Shown here: positions 50,898 through 60,764 of the stretch, one piece after another
How positions within the stretch are numbered: position 1 is the stretch's first letter
How the letters are laid out: every line of letters begins with the position of its first letter
DNA from: an uncultured Acidobacteriota bacterium
GTDB lineage: Bacteria > Acidobacteriota > UBA6911 > RPQK01 > JAPXNP01
NCBI GenBank assembly: GCA_963777605.1
Contig: CAVZRV010000035.1
Coordinates: 1 to 64,000, forward strand
Reading direction: 5' to 3'
DNA: 64,000 nucleotides
Made by a program: the position numbers and the translations under genes
Notes under the pieces: model-generated
The model's input: the letters and a program-made list of their open reading frames with translations, nothing else
What the model was told of the DNA's origin: nothing
Databases searched by the model: none

Positions 50898-52909
50898 CCG
50901 ACGTCAACTACATTTCCCTACCCCGTTGCCTCAAGCTGGAATCTTACCAGTGAGAAAGTTGAGTTTGCTCGAACTGGTTTGCTCTGATTTCAGCCTTTCG
51001 CATTGCCTGACCTGATGTTGTTGATTGAGGTGTTATGCCACCGAGGAGGCCCGGGCGGAACGGAGTCCGGAGCCGCCGGAGGCGGCGCAGGACGAAGTGC
51101 AGCCGGGCCTCCTCGGTGGGCGGCGAAGCACCCTTACTGTCACCTCCCAAGTCGGAACACCATCCGTCTGGGGTTCCGAGTCCAGGCGCTTTCCGCTCTC
51201 AGTCCCCGGTTGAGTCCCAGGGTGGCCCCGGAGCAGTGGGTTCTTTTCTGCCGTCGCCGACTACTCTGACCTCAGCGGCGTCCTGCTCCGGTGTGGGACC
51301 GTTCATGAAGGCATAGACGAGTTGCTTGGCCATCACCTGGCGCCATTCGCGAACACGGCGCTGGAGGGTCCTCAGTTGGCCATCTGTGAACCGACCGGGA
51401 TACTTGTCCAGCAAACGTTCGAACAGTCCCTTAGCGGTTTCGTCAGGATCACGCTGCAACCACTGAAGCACATCGAGCCAGACCGATTCGAAGGGGTCCG
51501 TTCTGGTTCGCCAGTGACGAGAGGTGTCCTGTCTGGTTTCTCTGTGTGTTGGACGGACTTCACCCCCTTTCCAGTAAGTCGGCAACTCTGCGAGAAACTG
51601 CTCAAGCGTCTTCTTTCCTGGCCCTTCCGTGGGATCAGTTCTTGAGGCCAGGTGAGCCAGGGCGGCCTGACCCTCACGGATTGCGTGGAGCAGTTCCAGA
51701 GGGTCCAATCGGTCGCGCACCGAACGAAGTCTCTTTTTGATCGCTTCTTCGACGTCTGGCCGGCGCAACACCCGTTCACATGGAGTCGCCGGACGGTCGT
51801 AGTTGCGTTTGAAGGTCGACCCAGTTCGAGACTTGTCTCGTAGTTTGAAGGAGGGTTGGAAGTAGTTCACGTGGAGGCGAGCCGACTGATACAAGTGCGC
51901 CAGGGTCTGAGCAGCGATGATACCGGAGAACCGATCGTGCCCAACCAATCGCCGGACAATAGAGCCGTTCTTCTGTTCCACCCATGCCTGATCGTTCTTC
52001 TTGTAAGCGCGGCAACGAGTGAATTCAATCCCGTGCATCTCGCAGAAACCCAACAAGGTATCGTTGATAAACGCTCCATCGTTGTCGGAGTCAATGCCCC
52101 GAATCGGGAAAGGGATCTGGCGGAAGAGCGCCTCCAATCCTTCAACCACCAGCGATTGTTCTCGGACCAGAAGCGGGACGCATTCCGTCCAGCCTGAGCA
52201 GACGTCTGTCGCTACCAATGTGTGAAGAAATGAACCGGCCATGCTGCCGCCACAGTGCACAACAAAGTCGATTTCGAGATAGCCTGGAGGAGGCTCATCC
52301 CAGTCTCCAAAGGTGCGTACTGGAATCTTCTTGCTGATCTTCCGAACCGCTCTCCGTCTCCTGCGGGACTTCGACTGCTTGCGGATCGGAGCCAGAAGGC
52401 GGTCGATCGTTGCGGGGCTGACCTCCAGTAAACGTCTCTTTACTTCCGGGTCGAGGGCCAGGTGGCCGTGGTGCTCCAAAGCTCTGACCAACTGGGGGAC
52501 GATGGCTTTCAGTCGTTTTCCACACATCCGGTCCCCGGCTTCCCAAAGCACGACCAACGCCTCCCTGACTGCTTCATCGTAGATCTGTCGGCCTTTAGTC
52601 CCTGCAGGTTTGAAGCCGTCTGCCACGTCACTCTCCCGAAATCGACTGGCACCCAGAAGCCGCGTTGCGTACTTTCGGTGGTAGCCGCTTACGGCCGAGA
52701 ACTCGTTCAATATGCGCGTCTTCTGCGCCTTCCCAGAGCTGCGATAACGTTCCCTCAATGCTTCCAGTAACTCGGCTCTTGCCTCTTTGCTGATCTGACG
52801 GTCCATCGTTGCCTCCCTATCTCGGTAACATTTTCTTGAGGCAACGGCCCGCTTTCAGTGACAAAAGTCATGAGTCAATGCGCCAGGGAGATGTAATTGT
52901 CGCTGAGCA
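50898..52909 (-). mobile_element. Insertion sequence (ISNCY/IS1202-like, rve DDE) with 9-bp target duplication
   Basis: CGCGACTCC at 50889-50897 and 52910-52918; imperfect IRs (CAACTACATTTCCCT versus CAATTACATCTCCCT) and sub-terminal CCGTTGCCTCAAG at both ends. Confidence 0.88.
51199..52806 (-). CDS. DDE (rve) transposase
   Basis: PGYLEIDFVVHCG; GIDSDNDGAFIN; YKKNDQAWVEQKNG. Confidence 0.92.
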   Translation of the reverse strand: MDRQISKEARAELLEALRERYRSSGKAQKTRILNEFSAVSGYHRKYATRLLGASRFRESDVADGFKPAGTKGRQIYDEAVREALVVLWEAGDRMCGKRLKAIVPQLVRALEHHGHLALDPEVKRRLLEVSPATIDRLLAPIRKQSKSRRRRRAVRKISKKIPVRTFGDWDEPPPGYLEIDFVVHCGGSMAGSFLHTLVATDVCSGWTECVPLLVREQSLVVEGLEALFRQIPFPIRGIDSDNDGAFINDTLLGFCEMHGIEFTRCRAYKKNDQAWVEQKNGSIVRRLVGHDRFSGIIAAQTLAHLYQSARLHVNYFQPSFKLRDKSRTGSTFKRNYDRPATPCERVLRRPDVEEAIKKRLRSVRDRLDPLELLHAIREGQAALAHLASRTDPTEGPGKKTLEQFLAELPTYWKGGEVRPTHRETRQDTSRHWRTRTDPFESVWLDVLQWLQRDPDETAKGLFERLLDKYPGRFTDGQLRTLQRRVREWRQVMAKQLVYAFMNGPTPEQDAAEVRVVGDGRKEPTAPGPPWDSTGD

Positions 52910-54099
52910 CGCGACTCCATGTCGCGTGTGATCGGGACTTCATACGGGATCCCGGCATCACGGATCTTGTGCTTCGCCCGAACCAGCCGCTGTGCCATGG
53001 TGGATGTAGACACGAGGAATGCTCGCGCAATTTCGTCCGTCTCAAGACCGCAAAGGGTTCGGAGCGTCAAAGCCACCTGAGCCTCCAGTGCCAGGGCAGG
53101 GTGGCAGCAGGTGAAGATCAGACGCAGGCGGTCGTCGGGAATCGCCTCGACATCGTAATCCGGGGCGTCGACGATAGGGACAATTCCCTCGGCCGCAATG
53201 GAGTCCAATTTCTCGCTGAATCTAGTTCGGCGACGGATGCGGTCAATGGCCTTATGGCGGGCAGTCTGGATGAGCCAGGCACGTGGCGAGTGGGGTATGC
53301 CCGATTCGGGCCATTGGTTGGCGGCGGTCGAATGCCTTTCACGGATGCCTAATGTGGATTCAAACCGGATTGGGCTGGTCGGCTTCAGCGAAGCGGAGTG
53401 GGTCGCCCCGGTCGCCGAAAACCGCTCGGATCTGATCTCGTTCATCGTGATTGTCGGGGCGTCGGGGTTGAGGCCTGTCGACCAGGTCGAGGAAGAAATC
53501 CGACTTCGACTCGAAAGGAAGGGCTTTGCCGAAGCGGATGTGCGGAGGGCGACGGCACTTCATCGCCTCTACTCCGATTATCTGCGCGGAAAGGCCGATG
53601 CTCCGCGAGTCCGGTCCGAGATTGAGAAGGACTCCCGGGCTCCCTGGTTTGCGGCCGCGGAAGATCTTCCCGATCAGGTGTATCCGCGGGAAGAGTACGG
53701 ATGGTGGCGCCGCGTGATGGATTTTGATCCGTCACCGTACTGGCGCCGGGTCGACGTGCCCGTCCTGCTACTCAAAGGAACGGAAGATGATCGCTCCGCG
53801 GCAGCGCCCTCCGCCCAACGCCTCGAGGCCATGATTTCCGCTCCGTGCGATGTGCGCCTGTTCCAGGGAGCCGATCACATGCTGCTTCAGTGGCCCATCG
53901 CTCCAAGGGTTCCCCCTCCCGTTTTTGCTGACGGATATCCCCAGATCGTAGCCGACTGGATCCTCAGGACCGTTCGGGGCCCGGAGGAGAATACTGGGCC
54001 ATAGCCCTCCTCGGCGGGCAGGGTTTCTTCCAGGAGTCTTCCAGAAGCGGAGAGGAACGGAAGAAGGGCCGGCAGTGGCCACCGGCCCGGAGGGACGAC

Positions 54100-54339
54100 T
54101 CAGTCGGAAGCCGGGGGCTCCTGGAGTTCCAGGATTCGCGAGTAGGCGAGATCGGCGACCTTGGCGAGGACGAGCAGGTCGTCGCGGCTGAAGCTGCGGG
54201 TCGCCTTCCACGAGTCGCCATCCTTATAGAGGCGCTCGAAGGTGACCGAGTGCCGGATCCCTCCCGAGTTGTCGTTCGCCCAGATGGCGGCCTTGATGGA
54301 ACCGATTCGGACCGTCGCTGTGGGTTTTGTGTTTGCCAT
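54100..54339 (-). CDS. Small conserved protein, putative ssDNA-binding (copy 2)
   Basis: MANTKPTATVRIGSIKAAIWANDNSGG...LELQEPPASD*. Confidence 0.78.
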   Translation of the reverse strand: MANTKPTATVRIGSIKAAIWANDNSGGIRHSVTFERLYKDGDSWKATRSFSRDDLLVLAKVADLAYSRILELQEPPASD

Positions 54340-54516
54340 GATTCGTTTCTCCTTTCTGTGTGATTTTTCTTTCGCCCCGACCTTGAAGAAAAATCCACAG
54401 AACTCGAAGGGAGAAACCCGCACCCGGTCGGCGGTGGGCGAAAAGTCCGGACAGGCAACAGGAATGACAGGCTCGTCCCTGGCGTGACCGTTGCCCGGAC
54501 CGCCCAACGTCGATCG
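54340..54516. promoter_or_regulatory. Conserved double-hairpin upstream element, copy 4
   Basis: Near-identical to copy 3; motif at 54465-54487 and sigma54-like arm at 54479-54495. Confidence 0.7.
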
Positions 54517-54680
54517 GACAAAGCGCGGGCATGGCTGAAGCAACCAGCGGCGAAAGTCCGGAGAATTCCTTTGACAACCGCCAGCTGGACTCCAGGAGCC
54601 GGGAAGCCGACCTCGGTCTCCGGGCGCCCCGGGTGGCTGGGCGCGACTCAGTGGTCGAAACCCGCGCTAAAGAAGCGTGG

Positions 54681-55667
54681 CTAGGGTAGTCGATCGCTAT
54701 CGAAGCCGCGGTGCTTGCGCACATTCAAGGCTTTCCACTGGAGCCCGGGATGGGACTCGATCTTGGCCTGAAGGGCCGCGTCCTCGGTGAGGAGTTCCGG
54801 ATCAATTTGCCCTCGGTCGTTGAGGCGATCCAGGAACTCGATTTCGTTCACTGAGAATGGGAGCACCACGGAAAGAAGGCTCCGACAGTCTTCAATGAGC
54901 TGTCTGCTCCACTGGACAAGCTCTTTCCGATGCGGAACAACGGCCGGCCTCAACATTGGTACGAGTTGCCGATCCACGTCAACAGGGTCAATTTGGATGT
55001 CCTCAAGCGAGACAGTCCTCCAGTCTCGCCGGTTGAAGCCGCCATATACGACGAACGCGAGGCGGAGTCTCTCTCTGCCGATCGTGGCCGACCGGAGAAG
55101 CTCGCGGACGTCGAACAGGTCTCGACAAGCCGTTCGGCCGAACAGCGCCGCCAATTTCCCGGCGGCAAGCTCATGGAGGTCGAGCACCGGTACTAAGGTG
55201 GCAACGAAGGAGCCGATGGATCTCGAGTCCAGCAAGGACGGGGGCCAGAGGGGAGTCCGCAGCATGAAATTGACATCGAGCTCAAGCGTACCGCTTCCGC
55301 CCGCAACCCTATTGTAGGAAAGGCGCCACTTGCCCCCTGCGTGCTCGGTGGGAAGGCGTCTTATTTCGATTCTCGAACGTTCGCAGACAGCGCGAATCGC
55401 CTGCTCGACCCTGGGGCGTTCAGCCAGCATCGTTTCCCGATCGGCCGAGCCGATGTAATTCAGATCGATATCGATCGAAAGGCGAGGCAACTCAAACACG
55501 AACAGATTGAGGGCTGTACCACCTTTGAGGGCAATCCGCGTTTGTAGGTACGGATGACTGCGGAGCCCTTGCAGCAGTTCCGTCAGATGAAGGACCTTCT
55601 CGAGCGGTTCCGGTCGAAAACCTGTGCTCGCCGCTTCCCGCTGCAGATCGGCGTCACTAAACATCAC
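54681..55667 (-). CDS. abiEii: Type IV TA toxin, AbiEii/AbiGii nucleotidyltransferase
   Basis: LKGGTALNLF..ELPRLSIDIDLNY; ELAAGKLAAL..R...RDLFD. Confidence 0.9.
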   Translation of the reverse strand: MMFSDADLQREAASTGFRPEPLEKVLHLTELLQGLRSHPYLQTRIALKGGTALNLFVFELPRLSIDIDLNYIGSADRETMLAERPRVEQAIRAVCERSRIEIRRLPTEHAGGKWRLSYNRVAGGSGTLELDVNFMLRTPLWPPSLLDSRSIGSFVATLVPVLDLHELAAGKLAALFGRTACRDLFDVRELLRSATIGRERLRLAFVVYGGFNRRDWRTVSLEDIQIDPVDVDRQLVPMLRPAVVPHRKELVQWSRQLIEDCRSLLSVVLPFSVNEIEFLDRLNDRGQIDPELLTEDAALQAKIESHPGLQWKALNVRKHRGFDSDRLP

Positions 55668-56467
55668 TGACCTTCCTCCCAGTTACGGGTAAGGAGGAAG
55701 AAAGGCACGATGAGGTTCCACTGGCGTACCAGCTTTCCGGACTGCCTCTTGGTATCGAAGTACCTGGGCTGAGCGGGCCCGAGAGCCTGTAACGCATTCA
55801 GGTAGTGGTCCTCAACCATAAGATCCTCCCGATGTTGCTCCAGGAAGAAGCCAAGGCGTGCAGCCGTAAGGCCTGATCCGAGCTTGGTTGCGTAGCCGAC
55901 AACCGCATCGAGATCGAAGAATTCGATCATCTCGAGAGAACGCCAGACTTCCTCCCAATCTCCACACCGATGCGGCGCATCGAGGACATCGACGAAAGTA
56001 CGCTCGAGGCTCGTGACCCGCACTACACCTCCGGCGTGGCGTCTTTCCTGGACGCCGCCGCCGAAATCTGGAAGGGAGCGTACAACAGCGGGCGCCTGCA
56101 CCCCGACGAACTCCATATCGCGAAAGGAGAATCGGCGCAAACGGCTGCGAGTCAGGAATTGGAAGCGATGCCAGTCGGAGTAGACCTTGCCGTGGAACTG
56201 CAGGGCCGCGTGGTAGGCCACGACCGCATCGACAGCCAACTTGGTCGCAAGCAAGTAGGGATCAACCGCGGTATCCGCGGGGTCCATCGATCTCGAGACA
56301 GTCGCATAAACACCGCGGCGAACATGAATCAGATTTCCCGCCGCGACGTGTTGTTTGAGGATTGTCGCACTGGTCTGCGGACTCCGATCTCCCGACGCGG
56401 TATGGGCCGCTACAAACTCTTCGGTCCGAAACACCGGATGTTGAGCGAAGAAATCAAGCGGCTTCAT
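55664..56467 (-). CDS. abiEi: Type IV TA antitoxin AbiEi-family regulator
   Basis: LIHVRRGVY; AVVAYHAALQFHG; VRVTSLERTFVDVLD; ARLGFFLE; overlaps the toxin start. Confidence 0.88.
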   Translation of the reverse strand: MKPLDFFAQHPVFRTEEFVAAHTASGDRSPQTSATILKQHVAAGNLIHVRRGVYATVSRSMDPADTAVDPYLLATKLAVDAVVAYHAALQFHGKVYSDWHRFQFLTRSRLRRFSFRDMEFVGVQAPAVVRSLPDFGGGVQERRHAGGVVRVTSLERTFVDVLDAPHRCGDWEEVWRSLEMIEFFDLDAVVGYATKLGSGLTAARLGFFLEQHREDLMVEDHYLNALQALGPAQPRYFDTKRQSGKLVRQWNLIVPFFLLTRNWEEGQ

Positions 56468-56485
56468 CACTTTCCCTCTTGCACT

Positions 56486-56512
56486 GTTATAGGTATAAAT
56501 CATACCCATAAC
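56486..56512. promoter_or_regulatory. Imperfect inverted repeat, likely AbiEi autoregulatory operator
   Basis: GTTATAGGTAT-AAATC-ATACCCATAAC, about 20 nt upstream of abiEi. Confidence 0.55.
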
Positions 56513-56674
56513 GAAGCGTTTTGGAAAGATGCTCCGCTGAAATGTGTCCAAACTGGTAGATCTTGTACCTGTGTCGATGCAATTCAACAAACTCGCACAC
56601 AAACCGCTCTCAACCCGTAATGAACCGGGCGTTAGCGTAGGCCGACGACCGAAGCCGCCGGCCGGAAGGAGGCC

Positions 56675-56911
56675 TCAGTCGGAAGCCGGAGGCTCCTGGA
56701 GTTCCAGGATCCGCGTGTAGGTGAGATCGGCGACCTTGGCGAGGACGAGCAGGTCGTCGCGGCTGAAGCTCCGAGTCGACTTCCACCCGTTGTCGCCGTC
56801 CTTATACAGGCGCTCGAAGGTGACCGAGTGGCGGATACCTCCCGAGTTGCCGTTCGTCCAGATGGCGGCCTTGATGGAACCGATTCGGACCGTCACTGTG
56901 GGTTTTGTGTG
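56675..56911 (-). pseudogene. Small putative ssDNA-binding gene, copy 3 (start codon and upstream element lost)
   Basis: TKPTVTVRIGSIKAAIWTNGNSGG...QEPPASD*; similarity to the other copies ends at about 56911, just before the ATG. Confidence 0.75.
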
Positions 56912-57303
56912 GGTCCGGATTCCTCACCAGACTCCTGCGGCGGCGGCGGATAGCCGGGAACTCTAGCTTTCTGGAGGGTTGACCCGGGATAACCGCGCGC
57001 GACAGCCAGATGCACTGAGACGTAGCGTGTAGCCAGCCTTGAGAAACTCGCAAGACCTCAGCCGACCTTATGAGTAGTGGGACCAGGTGTCGGCACGTCT
57101 CCTGGATCCTCTTCCTGGAGGCCGGTTTTGGGAACAAATCGTGCCGCTCAGAAGAGATGTTGAGTATCGACTCGAGGTAAACCCTTTTTCCAAGCTCTCG
57201 ACGAGAGCGGGAGGATCCAGCCCATTCGACGAACAATCGCTGTGCCATTCATACATCCGCCCCGAAACCGGAATGATGACAGCGCAAATCCGGAGGTGTG
57301 CGC

Positions 57304-57645
57304 TCAAACCGCCGCCTCCCCTCGCCCGCCGTTCCGAATCTTCACCACATCTTGAACCGATAAAATGAATATCTTCCCATCGCCCGGGTTGCCCGTGTGG
57401 GCCTTCTTTTGAATAATCCGGATGACTTCCTCGGCCAGGTGATCAGGAACGACAATCTCCAGCTTGGCCTTCTTCGAATAATCCACTTCCCCTTCGACAA
57501 CCTTGTCGTCTGCATCGACAGCACGACTGCGTCCAAAACCCTTGACTTCGGATACGGTCACTCCGGGAAGCCCATCCATCTGTTTCAGGGCGTCGATCAC
57601 ATGGGAAAGCATAAAGGGCTGAATAATGGCTTTGATTTCCTTCAT
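57304..57645 (-). CDS. P-II family signal transduction protein (metal-efflux-associated type)
   Basis: MKEIKAIIQPF; GVTVSEVKGFGR; AHTGNPGDGKIF; T-loop shorter than canonical GlnB. Confidence 0.9.
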   Translation of the reverse strand: MKEIKAIIQPFMLSHVIDALKQMDGLPGVTVSEVKGFGRSRAVDADDKVVEGEVDYSKKAKLEIVVPDHLAEEVIRIIQKKAHTGNPGDGKIFILSVQDVVKIRNGGRGEAAV

Positions 57646-57684
57646 CTATCTCACCTCGGTTTCAAGACACGCCGCGACGCCGTT

Positions 57685-60600
57685 CTAAATCTCCACCTCT
57701 ACCTTTCGTTGCTCGAACCAGCGGTAGATCGCCGGGAGGACCAACAGCGTCAGCAGTGTCGACGTCAGTAGACCTCCGATGACGACCGTCGCCAGAGGCC
57801 GCTGAACCTCGGCTCCGGCGCTGGTTGAGAGTGCCATCGGAACAAAGCCCAAACTTGCCACCAATGCGGTCATGAGAACTGGACGCAATCGGACCAACGC
57901 TCCCTGAAAGGCCGCTTCGGCAACCGAAGCGCCCTCTCGGCGCATATGACTGACATAGCTGATCATCACGACGCCATTAAGCACCGCAACACCGAACAGA
58001 GCGATGAAGCCCACTCCGGCCGAGATGCTGAACGGCATACCCCGAAGGAAGAGCGCGTAAATACCCCCGGTGGCGGCGATCGGGACGTTGATGTAGATCA
58101 GAGCCGCCAGCCGAGCTGAGCCGAAGGTCGTGTAGAGCAGAACGAAAATCAGGAAGAGTGCCATCGGGACAACGATCGCCAGACGAGACGAGGCGCGCTC
58201 GAGATTCTCGAACTGCCCCCCCCACTCTATCCAGTACCCTGGTGGAAGCTCGACACGGGTCCTGACTACTTCCTTGGCATCAGCCACAAAACCGGCCAGG
58301 TCTCGACCCCGAACATTGGACTCCACCGCCAGGCGCCGGTGAATATTCTCCCGGCTGATCTGGGCCGGTCCCTCTTCCGTCGTCAGAACGGCAAGCTGAC
58401 TCACCGGAATCTGTCGTCCCCGGGAGTCTGTGACTTTGAGATTTGAAATGGTTTCAAGATCCTTCCGGTCCTGCTCCTGGAAGCGTACCTGGAAGAAGAA
58501 GCGCCGCTGACCTTCGAGGATCTGCCCGACGACTCGTCCCCCGATCGAACGAACGACGTCGAGTACCTGAGATGCGTTGATGCCGTATCGCGCGATGGCA
58601 TTGCGGTCGATCATGATCCTTAAGTACGGAAGCCCAGCGACTTGTTCGGCTTTCACGTCGGCTGCGCCTGGAATCCGACCTATCGCCTGCACCACGTCAT
58701 TACCCAACCACTCCAGTTTCTCCATATCCTCCCCGAAGATCTCGATGGCCACGTCGGATCGCACCCCGGCGATCAACTCCTGCACCCGGAGTTCGATCGG
58801 CTGCGAGTAACTGAAGATGTTCCCAGGGACGGACTCCTTGAGCGCCTCATCCATGGCTGCAATCAGATCCTCCTTGGTTTCCGCCGTTGTCCACTCCTCA
58901 TGCGGTCTAAGAATGATGTAGATGTCGCTCAGTTCCACCCCCATCGGATCGGTGGCAATTTCGGCTCGACCGGACCGGGAAACGACCGTCTTGACCTCGG
59001 GGAACTTCATCAGCACCGACTCCACCATCGTGGTGGACTGGATCGATTCCTCCAGCGAGACACTGGGCAGTCGCCAGGCCTGCAGAGCGATCGTTCCTTC
59101 ATCCAGCCGGGGGATGAACTCGGCACCCATGAACGGCACCAAGACCAGGCTTGAAGCGAAGACGGCAAGTGCTAGAGAAAGGGTCAGTTTCGGGAATCGG
59201 ATCGTTCGCTTCAGCACCGGCACGTAGAGTCTCTTCACCTGGCGAATGATCCAGGTTTCCTGTTCTTCAGGCCGGTGTTTCAGAAATATTGACGCCAGGA
59301 CGGGCATCAGGGTCAGGGCGAGGATCAGTGAACCGACCAAGGCCAAGACGACGGTCAACGCCATGGGACGAAACATCTTTCCTTCCACGCCGCGCAAGGT
59401 CAGGACCGGAAGATACACGATGATGATGATTCCCACCGCGAAGGTGATTGGCCGGGCGACCTCCGATGCCGCCTCCCGAACGATGGAAAGCTTGTCCTTG
59501 GTCCCCTCCGAGCGTTCCGAGAGGTGCCTGACAATGTTCTCGATCATTACTACGGAACCGTCGACAATCAGACCGAAATCGATGGCACCCAGGCTCATCA
59601 GGTTTCCGGAAAGGCCGAACTGGCGCATCCCGATAAATGCAAAGAGCATGGAGAGCGGGATGGCCGAGGCCACAAGCAAGCCGCCCCGCACACTGCCAAG
59701 AAGGAGCAAGAGGACGATGATCACCAACACGCCGCCCTCGCTGAGATTCTTGGTGACGGTTCGGATCGTGTTCCGAACCAACTCGGTGCGATCGTAATAA
59801 GTGTCGATCGTGACGCCCGGCGGAAGAGAATCTCTAATCTCCTCAATCTTCGCCTTGACTCGATCCACGACGACTCGAGGATTCTCACCAATCAGCATCA
59901 TGACCACGCCCGTGACCGCCTCTCCCTTACCATCACGGGTGACGGCACCTTGGCGCACCATCGGAGCCAGCTTCACGTCGGCTATGTTCCGGACGTAAAC
60001 GGGAGTGCCATCTTCAGCGGCCGACAAGACAATGTTCTCGATCTGTTCGATGTTATCGATGAGCCCTTCTCCACGAACCAGATACTGCTCCTGATTCTTG
60101 ACGATGTAGGCGCCGCCGGCATTTGCATTGTTACTCTCAAGGGCATGGAACAGCCGCTCCATGGGAATGTCGAAGCTGATCAGTTTGTCCGAATCAACTT
60201 GAACTTCGTAGGTCTTGAGTTCCCCTCCATAGGAGTTGACTTCAACCACTCCGGGCACGGATCGAAGCTTGAATGCGATATCCCAGTCGAGGATGCTGCG
60301 AAGCTCCATTAGAGAGTAGCCTTCGCCTTTGACCTCAAACTGGTAAATCTCTCCCAATCCGGTACTGATGGGACCCATTTCGGGTGACCCCATCCCCTCG
60401 GGAATCGAATCCCGGGCCTCAGGCATCCGTTCCATCACCAGGCGGCGGACAAAGTAGATGTCCATTCCCTCCTCGAAGTAGACCGTGACCGCGGATAGTC
60501 CGAACCGGGAAACCGACCGGATCCGCGTGATGCCGGGAAGCCCGCTCATCGCGGTCTCCACTGGAAAGGTGATGAACTGTTCGACTTCGAGCGGACTCAG

Positions 60601-60753
60601 CCCCGGGGCATTGGTGAGGATCTGAACTTGATTCGGGGTCACATCCGGCACCGCATCAATGGGCAGGTCCAAGAGGGCGTAGATCCCACCGCCGACAAGG
60701 AGAAGAACCAGAACGAGAACCAGAAAACGATTGTTGAGTGCAAGGTCAATCAC
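57685..60753 (-). CDS. czcA: CusA/CzcA heavy-metal efflux RND transporter
   Basis: LPIDAVPDVT; GPISTGLGEIYQF; NLMSLGAIDFGLIVDGSVVMIEN; RLRPVLMTALVASLGFVPMA. Confidence 0.95.
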   Translation of the reverse strand: MIDLALNNRFLVLVLVLLLVGGGIYALLDLPIDAVPDVTPNQVQILTNAPGLSPLEVEQFITFPVETAMSGLPGITRIRSVSRFGLSAVTVYFEEGMDIYFVRRLVMERMPEARDSIPEGMGSPEMGPISTGLGEIYQFEVKGEGYSLMELRSILDWDIAFKLRSVPGVVEVNSYGGELKTYEVQVDSDKLISFDIPMERLFHALESNNANAGGAYIVKNQEQYLVRGEGLIDNIEQIENIVLSAAEDGTPVYVRNIADVKLAPMVRQGAVTRDGKGEAVTGVVMMLIGENPRVVVDRVKAKIEEIRDSLPPGVTIDTYYDRTELVRNTIRTVTKNLSEGGVLVIIVLLLLLGSVRGGLLVASAIPLSMLFAFIGMRQFGLSGNLMSLGAIDFGLIVDGSVVMIENIVRHLSERSEGTKDKLSIVREAASEVARPITFAVGIIIIVYLPVLTLRGVEGKMFRPMALTVVLALVGSLILALTLMPVLASIFLKHRPEEQETWIIRQVKRLYVPVLKRTIRFPKLTLSLALAVFASSLVLVPFMGAEFIPRLDEGTIALQAWRLPSVSLEESIQSTTMVESVLMKFPEVKTVVSRSGRAEIATDPMGVELSDIYIILRPHEEWTTAETKEDLIAAMDEALKESVPGNIFSYSQPIELRVQELIAGVRSDVAIEIFGEDMEKLEWLGNDVVQAIGRIPGAADVKAEQVAGLPYLRIMIDRNAIARYGINASQVLDVVRSIGGRVVGQILEGQRRFFFQVRFQEQDRKDLETISNLKVTDSRGRQIPVSQLAVLTTEEGPAQISRENIHRRLAVESNVRGRDLAGFVADAKEVVRTRVELPPGYWIEWGGQFENLERASSRLAIVVPMALFLIFVLLYTTFGSARLAALIYINVPIAATGGIYALFLRGMPFSISAGVGFIALFGVAVLNGVVMISYVSHMRREGASVAEAAFQGALVRLRPVLMTALVASLGFVPMALSTSAGAEVQRPLATVVIGGLLTSTLLTLLVLPAIYRWFEQRKVEVEI

Positions 60754-60764
60754 TTGGTTTTCCT

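Larger units (their letters stand above)
50183..53318 (-). pseudogene. ECF sigma factor (DUF6596/TPR-extension type), interrupted by an IS and 5'-truncated
   Basis: 52919-53318 gives PRAWLIQTARHKAID...DDRLRLIFTCCHPAL...MAQRLVRAK; 50183-50897 gives RLDAVLAVIYLIFNEGY...LEEQDR. The halves rejoin in frame once the IS is removed. Confidence 0.9.
53319..54535 (+). repeat. About 1.2 kb direct repeat, copy B (5'-truncated hydrolase 53319-54004, small gene and upstream element)
   Basis: Diverged copy of 33736-34955; its left edge coincides with the truncation point of the ECF sigma gene. Confidence 0.9.

Noticed and set aside
53198-54004. 268-aa ORF as a novel fusion protein
   Set aside because: It is a chance junction of antisense ECF sequence with the 5'-truncated hydrolase duplicate.
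57304-57645. P-II gene next to czcCBA as a novelty
   Set aside because: P-II-like genes linked to heavy-metal RND operons are already known.
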